64,000 nt of DNA from Hyphomicrobiaceae bacterium. Lineage in GTDB: Bacteria; Pseudomonadota; Alphaproteobacteria; Rhizobiales; Hyphomicrobiaceae. The translations under genes and the position numbers were made by a program. The notes under the pieces were generated by a model. It was not told where the DNA came from. It saw only the letters and a list, made by a program, of their open reading frames with translations, and searched no databases. The first letter of the stretch is position 1; each line of letters opens with the position of its first letter. Below, piece after piece: positions 57,848-64,000 of the stretch. The DNA lies in assembly GCA_020442165.1 (NCBI GenBank), contig JAGRKV010000022.1, forward strand, positions 5,921-69,920. Direction: 5' to 3'.

Positions 57848-58597
57848 TCAGGCCGCGTGCTGCGTGGCAACCAGCTTCCAGTTCGGGTTGAGCCGCGCCC
57901 GGGCCGACGAGATGTCACGGCTGAACGTCCAGCGATCAGTGACTTCCCGCACCGCTTGCGGATCCCCGGCGATTACCGCTCCTGCACGGTCGCGCGTCGC
58001 GGAGATGAGCTGGCTGACGAAGCGCACGGTCACGCTGGCGATACCGTCATTGACCTCAGCATCGATCACGTCAGCCTTGGAAATGCCGACAAACGATTGG
58101 TCGACCTGCTCGCCACGCTTGTCGCGCTCGTCCATCACATTCTGGAACCGCTCGAACACCTCGCGGCTCAGAAGATCGCGCAACAACTTGCGATTGCCTT
58201 CCGCAAAAGCCGTGACGATCAACTCGTAGGCCTGTGACGCACCACGCAGGAAGTGCTCCGGATCGAACTGGGTGTCGAGCTTGAGCATATCCAAAAGGCC
58301 GCGCTCAACCTCGCGGTTCGATCCCGCCACCGTGCGGATCCGTTCTTCCACCTCAGCCAGCGCCAACCCGGCTTCCGGGCTCGGCTGTCCGGCTGCCGGC
58401 TCTCCCCGCTGCGGCAAAGTTACCACCTTGTCCTGGCCGGAGCCGTTTGCAGCCGCGCGCCGCTGTTCGGCCCTGTATCGTTCCATGCGCGCGTCGTCTT
58501 CCTCGTTCCGGCGGCCAAGGACGCTTCGGAGCTTGAAGATCACGACAAGCGCCACGATCAACGAAATCAGTGTGATAAGATCGATTCTTCCGTCCAT
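57848..58597 (-). CDS. Tim44-like domain protein
   Basis: The ATG at 58597 gives an N-terminal TM segment. The C-terminal Tim44-like domain reads FDPEHFLRGASQAYELIVTAFAEGN...WTFSRD...NPNWKLVAT. Confidence 0.85.
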   Translation of the reverse strand: MDGRIDLITLISLIVALVVIFKLRSVLGRRNEEDDARMERYRAEQRRAAANGSGQDKVVTLPQRGEPAAGQPSPEAGLALAEVEERIRTVAGSNREVERGLLDMLKLDTQFDPEHFLRGASQAYELIVTAFAEGNRKLLRDLLSREVFERFQNVMDERDKRGEQVDQSFVGISKADVIDAEVNDGIASVTVRFVSQLISATRDRAGAVIAGDPQAVREVTDRWTFSRDISSARARLNPNWKLVATQHAA

Positions 58598-58917
58598 GGA
58601 CGCGCTTTCGAGCAAGGTCTGGCGAGATATCTGATGAACCGCATGTAATTGCCCGAGCCACCAACGTCCAGACCCTGCCTTTGGTTAGGGTCACCGGGCT
58701 CGGCACAAACAATCATCACCTGGGCTATACTCTGGTATCGACTTGATGCCCAGCGAGCGCCACCGCCAAAGATCGTTGGTATCGGCGACAACTTAGGGCA
58801 CAAAGGCGTGCAAGCCAACAGGGACTGATCCGAAATCGCCGCCTGCCAGCTTGCAGAATGCAGCGCCAAGCGGTCAGCAGTTGCCCGAACCGCCAATCCG
58901 GAACGACGTGGTTAAGC

Positions 58918-59478
58918 ATGCAGAGCCCGATCCGCGCCATTCTCCTGCTGGTTTTCATCGCGGTCCCACTCCTGGAAATCGCGCTTTTAATCAAGATCGG
59001 GCAATCGATCGGCTTTTGGGCCACTATCCTGATCGTGATCGCGACAGCTGCCATCGGCACGTTGCTGCTGCATCAGCAGGGCATGGCGACACTCCGCCGT
59101 GTCCTCGACGCGATGGACAAGGGCGAACCTCCTGTTACCCCAGTGCTGGAAGGGCTCGTCTTGTTGGTTGCCGGACTGCTTCTCCTCACCCCAGGCATCA
59201 TCACCGACACGATCGGCTTTATACTGCTCATTCCGCCTGTCCGCGAATTGCTGGTCCGCCACGCGCTTGGCCGTCTGTTTGTGGTGAACGTCGCGGGCCG
59301 CACCTGGCGCAGTTCAGAAGGCGCCAACGACGGTTCTGCCGAAAGCGGCTGGACCAGTCCGGGACATGCGCGTGGAACCTCGCACCAACCCCCGCATTCC
59401 GGCGACGGTCCTGTTATCGAAGGTGAATACCAGCGCCTCGACGAGCGCACGGTCGATCCCCAAAAGGACAGGCGCTGA
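58918..59478 (+). CDS. fxsA: FxsA family membrane protein
   Basis: The ATG at 58918 gives MQSPIRAILLLVFIAVPLLEIALLIKIG. The LLLLTPGIITDTIGFILLIPPVR motif is present. Confidence 0.85.
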   Translation: MQSPIRAILLLVFIAVPLLEIALLIKIGQSIGFWATILIVIATAAIGTLLLHQQGMATLRRVLDAMDKGEPPVTPVLEGLVLLVAGLLLLTPGIITDTIGFILLIPPVRELLVRHALGRLFVVNVAGRTWRSSEGANDGSAESGWTSPGHARGTSHQPPHSGDGPVIEGEYQRLDERTVDPQKDRR

Positions 59479-59634
59479 ATTCCGGTTCGAACGACACCGC
59501 AACAGGTGTTCCGGGCCGCCATCGGCCCGCGATCCACATGGCCCATCCAACGCTCGATTGCCTATGCCCCGTCCCCGTGATAGCCACCGGCATCGCAAGC
59601 GCATGCTTCGAAAGCATTGAGGACAACGAGACCC

Positions 59635-60144
59635 ATGACCGACGGCAAGACTCAGAAGAATGGCAACGGCACGGCCGCGGAAGCAACACCCGCTGGTCCC
59701 CAACTTCAGGTCCAGATCGTTGGTCAGTACATCAAGGACATGTCGTTTGAAAATCCCAACGTCGACAAGCTGATCGGTGGCCCGGGCGACAGCCCGAATA
59801 TCCAGCTTGAGATCAACGTCGACGGCCGCACAGCAGATGCCAAGAACGGACTTTATGAAAGCGCGATCAACTTCCGCGCCCAGGCCACGAGCAAGATCGG
59901 CACGATCTACGAATTGGAGATCATCTACGCCGGCATGTTCAAGATTCAGAACATCCCCGAACAGGCCCTCGAACCGTTCCTGATCGTCAATTGCCCGACC
60001 CTGTTGTTCCCGTTCCTGCGCCGTCTGATCGCCGATCTGACCCGCGAAGGCGGCTTCCCACCCCTGCTGCTGGACCCGATCGACTTCGGTGCGCTCTATA
60101 TGCGCAAGCAACAGGAATTGAAGGCCGCGAGCGCAAAGGTCTGA
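59635..60144 (+). CDS. secB: Protein-export chaperone SecB
   Basis: QIVGQYIKDMSFENPN...CPTLLFPFLRRLIADLTREGGFPPLLLDPIDF is canonical SecB. ATG at 59635. Confidence 0.95.
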   Translation: MTDGKTQKNGNGTAAEATPAGPQLQVQIVGQYIKDMSFENPNVDKLIGGPGDSPNIQLEINVDGRTADAKNGLYESAINFRAQATSKIGTIYELEIIYAGMFKIQNIPEQALEPFLIVNCPTLLFPFLRRLIADLTREGGFPPLLLDPIDFGALYMRKQQELKAASAKV

Positions 60145-60148
60145 GAGT

Positions 60149-60166
60149 TTGAGCCTCCGGGCTCAA
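60149..60166. terminator. Shared hairpin between convergent secB and dnaQ
   Basis: TTGAGCC-TCCG-GGCTCAA (7-bp stem, tetraloop) overlapping the dnaQ stop codon. There is no clear T tract on either side, so the assignment is weak. Confidence 0.3.
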
Positions 60167-60888
60167 TTGCTTGAATTCGGTTCCGACAGATACTTGAGCC
60201 AGAGCGCCTTGCCGCCGCCAAGCGTTTCGACGAAGGCGCGATGAGCCGACTTTTCATCAGCTCCGATCCGCGGCGGCAACGGCACGTCCCGCACGGCGGC
60301 TTTACGCACACCGCCTTGCCCGCGCCCACCCCGTCCTTGCGCCTGCGACGCATCGGCAAGCACCAAAGTCGCCTGCCGCTCACCCAGCAGTTCGATATAG
60401 ACGTCCGCCAGCAACAAGGAGTCCATCAGCGCGCCGTGCTTGATGCGCTGAGAATTGTCGATCCCGTAGCGTTTGCACAAGGCATCGAGATTGTTGGGAC
60501 CGGCTGGATGCTTGCGCCGTGCGAGGGCAAGCGTATCGACAACGCGGTCCATCGAAATCGCACCGATTTTCAGCCGCTCCAGCTCCGCGTTGAGGAAGCC
60601 GACGTCGAACGACGCATTGTGGATCACCAGCTGATCCTCGCCGATGAACTCCAGAAAACCGTTTGCGACCTCCTTGAACAGCGGCTTGTCCAACAGGAAT
60701 GCGGTTGAAAGCCCATGCACCGCCTCGGCTTCCGCTGGCACGTCGCGCTCCGGATTGATGTAGACGTGATACTCCCGTCCGGTCGGGATGCGGTTGATGA
60801 GTTCGATGCACCCGATCTCGATCAATCTGTCGCCGCCGCGCGGATTGAGGCCAGTGGTTTCCGTGTCGAGCACGATTTCGCGCTGCAT
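60163..60888 (-). CDS. dnaQ: DNA polymerase III subunit epsilon
   Basis: Exo I REIVLDTETTGL, Exo II (HNASFDVGFL) and Exo III (HGALMDSLLLADVY). The ATG at 60888 follows an AAGGA RBS, whereas the track start at 60909 is a TTG. Confidence 0.95.
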   Translation of the reverse strand: MQREIVLDTETTGLNPRGGDRLIEIGCIELINRIPTGREYHVYINPERDVPAEAEAVHGLSTAFLLDKPLFKEVANGFLEFIGEDQLVIHNASFDVGFLNAELERLKIGAISMDRVVDTLALARRKHPAGPNNLDALCKRYGIDNSQRIKHGALMDSLLLADVYIELLGERQATLVLADASQAQGRGGRGQGGVRKAAVRDVPLPPRIGADEKSAHRAFVETLGGGKALWLKYLSEPNSSN

Positions 60889-60918
60889 GCCGTCATGTCC
60901 TTGCTGCAAAGCGATAGA

Positions 60919-61539
60919 TTACGCGCCCGCCCAATACCGTTGATATGCCGTGCCGGTACGCCCCGCGAGCTGCACCACCAGTCTATCGATCTGCGCCTGC
61001 GTATCCGCAATGCTGCCGCCCGTATCCACAACGAAGTCGGCCCGCTGGCGCTTTTCCTCATCCGGCATCTGCCGCCCTGCGATCTCGGCGAACTTCGCTT
61101 CTGTCATGCCGGGGCGCGCAAGCACACGTTCCCGCTGCATAGCCACCGGCGCACTCACAATCACGGTGACGTCGACCAGCTTGTCCCCCCCGGTCTCCAG
61201 CAGCAGCGGGATTTCCAGGACCGCCATCAGCGCACCGCGATCCCGCTCCGACCGCAGGAAATGCGCCTCCATTTCGCGAACCAATGGATGCACGATTGCT
61301 TCCAGCCGCTTGAAACCTGAAGCGTCCTTCATCAAGGCTGCAAGCAGGGATTGGCGATCGACTTGCCCGTCCCTTGTCGTGCCCGGAAATGCCGCTTCGA
61401 TGAGTGGAACCGCCTTGCCGGCATAAAGCTCATGAACGGCTGCGTCGGCATCGAATACGCCGATGCCATTGTCCTTGAATCGCGCCGCGGCGGTCGATTT
61501 ACCCATGCCGATGGAGCCGGTCAGCCCGATCACAAGCAT
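60919..61539 (-). CDS. coaE: Dephospho-CoA kinase
   Basis: MLVIGLTGSIGMGKST P-loop. Its ATG shares one nt with the aroE TGA. Confidence 0.9.
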   Translation of the reverse strand: MLVIGLTGSIGMGKSTAAARFKDNGIGVFDADAAVHELYAGKAVPLIEAAFPGTTRDGQVDRQSLLAALMKDASGFKRLEAIVHPLVREMEAHFLRSERDRGALMAVLEIPLLLETGGDKLVDVTVIVSAPVAMQRERVLARPGMTEAKFAEIAGRQMPDEEKRQRADFVVDTGGSIADTQAQIDRLVVQLAGRTGTAYQRYWAGA

Positions 61540-62372
61540 CACGCAGCCTTCTCCAGATCGGCAACGATCATAGCACGCAATTCACCCGTCACTTCCGGCC
61601 GGACACCGAACCATTTCTCAAAACCCGGCACCGCTTGATGCAAAAGCATCCCCAGTCCATCGACGGTTCTAAGACCACGTTTGCGCGCCACCGCCAGCAT
61701 CTCGGTTTCGAGCGGCACATAAACAATATCCGCAACGACCGTCGAATCGGCCGCATTGCGAAAATCCATATCAAGAGAGCCTTCGTTTTTCATGCCAATG
61801 GTCGTTGTGTTGACGATCACACCAGCATCGCGCGCAGCCTCGGACCGCGCGCCCCAATCGACAACTTTTACCTTCCTGCCGAAATGTTGCGAAAGCGCTT
61901 CGGCACGCGCGCGAGTGCGGTTTGCAACGAGAACTTGTCCGACGCCACTTTCGATAAATCCATAAACGATCGCCCGCGCCGCACCACCTGCGCCGAGCAC
62001 CAGAACCGGCCTATCCCTTTCCTGCCAATCCGGAACAGTCTTACCCAGATGCGTCATGAATCCATATGTATCGGTATTGGCTGCGCAGATTTTGCCGCCC
62101 TCCAGCCAGATGGTGTTGGCGGCTCCAACCGCAATGGCTGACGCTTCTTTTTCCTGCGCCGCCTCGAATGCAATTTCCTTCAAAGGCACTGTCACATTGC
62201 AGCCGGAAAACCCACCAGCCTCGAGTCCGAGCAGAAATGCGCGGGCATTTTCAGGCTGTACCGCTACCTTTTCGTAGCTGCCGTCAATGCCATGTGACTT
62301 CAGCCAGTATCCATGAATCATCGGCGACCGCGAATGGGTGATTGGCCAACCGATAACACAAGCTTTGCGCAT
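61539..62372 (-). CDS. aroE: Shikimate dehydrogenase
   Basis: VIGWPITHSRSPMIHGYW, NVTVPLK and the GAGGAARA Rossmann motif. Confidence 0.9.
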   Translation of the reverse strand: MRKACVIGWPITHSRSPMIHGYWLKSHGIDGSYEKVAVQPENARAFLLGLEAGGFSGCNVTVPLKEIAFEAAQEKEASAIAVGAANTIWLEGGKICAANTDTYGFMTHLGKTVPDWQERDRPVLVLGAGGAARAIVYGFIESGVGQVLVANRTRARAEALSQHFGRKVKVVDWGARSEAARDAGVIVNTTTIGMKNEGSLDMDFRNAADSTVVADIVYVPLETEMLAVARKRGLRTVDGLGMLLHQAVPGFEKWFGVRPEVTGELRAMIVADLEKAA

Positions 62373-62387
62373 TCTGGCCGTGCCTCT

Positions 62388-63005
62388 TCAACTTAAGATA
62401 ATCTTGCGGGCGCGCAGTTCCGCCAGCAGTGGCATGAGAGGCATTCCCAGAACGGTAAAGTAATCTCCGTCGATCCGATCGAAGAGTTGAATGCCAAGCC
62501 CCTCCATGAGGTAGGCTCCGACGCTGTCGAGCACGGAGCGGCCGGCACGCCTCATATAGTCATCGAGGAATGCGTCTGAAAAGTCGCGCACATGCATTTC
62601 AGCCGTATCAACCATCGACCACAACATCTCGCCGCCTCTGGTCAGCGCGACGGCCGAGTGCAACGCATGGGTCTTGCCACGGAAGGACGATAGCTGTTGC
62701 CGCGCCGCCATGACATCACGCGGCTTCGACAGCGTCGCACCTTCAAAGGCCAGTACCTGGTCGCCACCGATCACGAAAGCATCCGGATGCAGGCGGCTCA
62801 CCGATTCCGCCTTCGCCGCAGCCAGAATCTCTGCGACATCCGCCGGGTCGACGGCGCCTGGTTCATCGCTGTCGAACAACGCAGCGCGCACAGCCTCTTC
62901 ATCCACGCTCGCCAGTTCGACCGTAAAAGCGATACCGGACGCCGCCAGCATGTCGCGCCGCGCCCGGCTGCCCGAGGCCAGGATGATATTGGCGTCATGG
63001 CGCAC
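62388..63005 (-). CDS. maf: Maf family nucleoside triphosphate pyrophosphatase
   Basis: IILASGSRARRDML N-terminus plus GAYLMEGLG, which resembles the Maf C-terminal motif. Confidence 0.9.
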   Translation of the reverse strand: MRHDANIILASGSRARRDMLAASGIAFTVELASVDEEAVRAALFDSDEPGAVDPADVAEILAAAKAESVSRLHPDAFVIGGDQVLAFEGATLSKPRDVMAARQQLSSFRGKTHALHSAVALTRGGEMLWSMVDTAEMHVRDFSDAFLDDYMRRAGRSVLDSVGAYLMEGLGIQLFDRIDGDYFTVLGMPLMPLLAELRARKIILS

Positions 63006-63022
63006 GACGATTTCTCCCTCGC

Positions 63023-63856
63023 TTATTTCCGGCCAGCGTCGAATTCCTGCATCAGCTTGATAATCGATGCAGCGGTCTCTTCCACCGAACGCCGCGTTAC
63101 ATCGATGATCGGCCAGCCGTATTTTGCTGATATTTTTCGCGTGTAGGCAATTTCCGACGCGATCAGACTGCGATCGACATATCCATCGAGGTCCCGGTCA
63201 GACATCATCATTGCCCGGTTTCGGCGGATCTCCGCCACCCGCTCCGGCGACGCGACCAAACACACCACAAAGGACGTATGGGGCTCGGTAAGCCGCTTGG
63301 GCAGTTCGATTTGCGGCACGATCGGCAGATTTGTCGTTTTGAAGCCGCGCTGCGCCAGATAGATGCTGGTTGGCGTCTTCGACGTCCGCGAAATCCCCAG
63401 AATGCAGATGTCGGCATCGCTCATGTTGTCAGGCAGCCGACCGTCGTCGTGCGCCATGGTGAAATTGAGCGCTTCGATGCGTTTGAAGTAATCGGCATCA
63501 AGAACATGCTGCCCGGCAACAGTCGGCGTGCTGGCAGCACCTAGATAGCTTTCGAAAACCTGCATGATCGGCTGCAACACATGCATGCATGGAACATTGA
63601 GTTCACGGCAGCGCTGCTCGACCTCCGCAATGAGAGACGTGTTCACGATCGTGCAAAGCACAATGCCGGGCGTCTGCTCGATCTCCTGCATCACCCGTTG
63701 CAATTGCCGCGACGTCCGCACCAGCGGATAGACATGCTCGATCGCGCGCATCTCCGCATACTGAACCGCCGCCGCTTTCGCGATCGTAGTTAGTGTTTCG
63801 CCCGTCGAGTCGGAGACGAGATGCAGGTGAAAGTAGCTGGGCTGACTATTGACCAT
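63023..63856 (-). CDS. Kinase/pyrophosphorylase (DUF299; PpsR / PDRP-like bifunctional regulatory protein)
   Basis: FHLHLVSDSTGETL N-terminus and the P-loop-like GISRTSKTPTS. The ATG at 63856 (MVNSQPSYF) is preferred. The track TTG at 63880 lies inside a DnaA-box-like motif. Confidence 0.85.
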   Translation of the reverse strand: MVNSQPSYFHLHLVSDSTGETLTTIAKAAAVQYAEMRAIEHVYPLVRTSRQLQRVMQEIEQTPGIVLCTIVNTSLIAEVEQRCRELNVPCMHVLQPIMQVFESYLGAASTPTVAGQHVLDADYFKRIEALNFTMAHDDGRLPDNMSDADICILGISRTSKTPTSIYLAQRGFKTTNLPIVPQIELPKRLTEPHTSFVVCLVASPERVAEIRRNRAMMMSDRDLDGYVDRSLIASEIAYTRKISAKYGWPIIDVTRRSVEETAASIIKLMQEFDAGRK

Positions 63857-63871
63857 AGTGCTTGGGCCGCT

Positions 63872-63949
63872 TGTGGACAAATGAGCAAGTTATCCAGCGC
63901 CCAAGCGCTTCCCTGGCCGCCGCGCGCCTCGCCCGCACGCTTGTCCACG
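63872..63949. promoter_or_regulatory. Cluster of three DnaA-box-like 9-mers, possibly the edge of oriC
   Basis: TGTGGACAA at 63872-63880 is the reverse complement of TTGTCCACA and matches TTATCCACA at 8/9 positions. TTATCCAGC (63890-63898) and TTGTCCACG (63941-63949) each match at 7/9. They lie immediately upstream of the DUF299 gene. Confidence 0.35.
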
Positions 63950-64000
63950 GTGATACTCACATTTGCTCCTGGACGAACGAATTTTTTTGTCTCTCTCCCG

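Overview
High-GC alphaproteobacterial (Rhizobiales-like) core chromosome, densely packed with about 65 recognisable, mostly housekeeping genes. Main blocks are etfBA-hbd, ffh-rpsP / rimM, leuD, sdhCDA, ccmABCDG divergent from acnA, a tesA/ybbA/ybbP-like trio, and the block mltA-smr, tim44-like, fxsA, secB, dnaQ-coaE-aroE-maf-ppsR-like. In alphaproteobacteria that last block normally flanks oriC. I saw no transposase, integrase, phage gene, CRISPR array, tRNA or rRNA, so this is not an obvious accessory island. Many long ORF-track entries are antisense shadows of real genes, as expected at this GC content, and several track starts are N-terminally over-extended; I corrected those where motifs, RBS or gene overlaps allowed. 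Two genes missing from the track were added: ccmD (53 aa) and a partial EnvC-like gene at the left edge.

The best candidate for an uncharacterised system is a four-gene, ATGA-coupled operon at 9.6-11.9 kb: DUF1538 + DUF1538 + PII-like + tandem-CBS, a putative nucleotide-gated transporter of unknown substrate.

Other points worth a second look:
- An XRE-HTH/GrlR-like gene with its own AT-rich promoter, wedged between rpsP and rimM.
- A ~0.5 kb non-coding insert bracketed by a perfect 12-bp direct repeat (26.2-26.7 kb).
- A ~105-bp MITE/REP-like repeat present twice, each copy donating a stop codon to a neighbouring gene; one copy splits ccmB from ccmC.
- A terminator-bounded gene-free locus upstream of dcp (41.65-42.2 kb), a candidate sRNA.
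- Tandem DUF2865 paralogues sharing a six-Cys motif.
- DnaA-box-like motifs at the extreme right edge, consistent with the start of oriC.

All family calls come from reading the translations, not from database searches.
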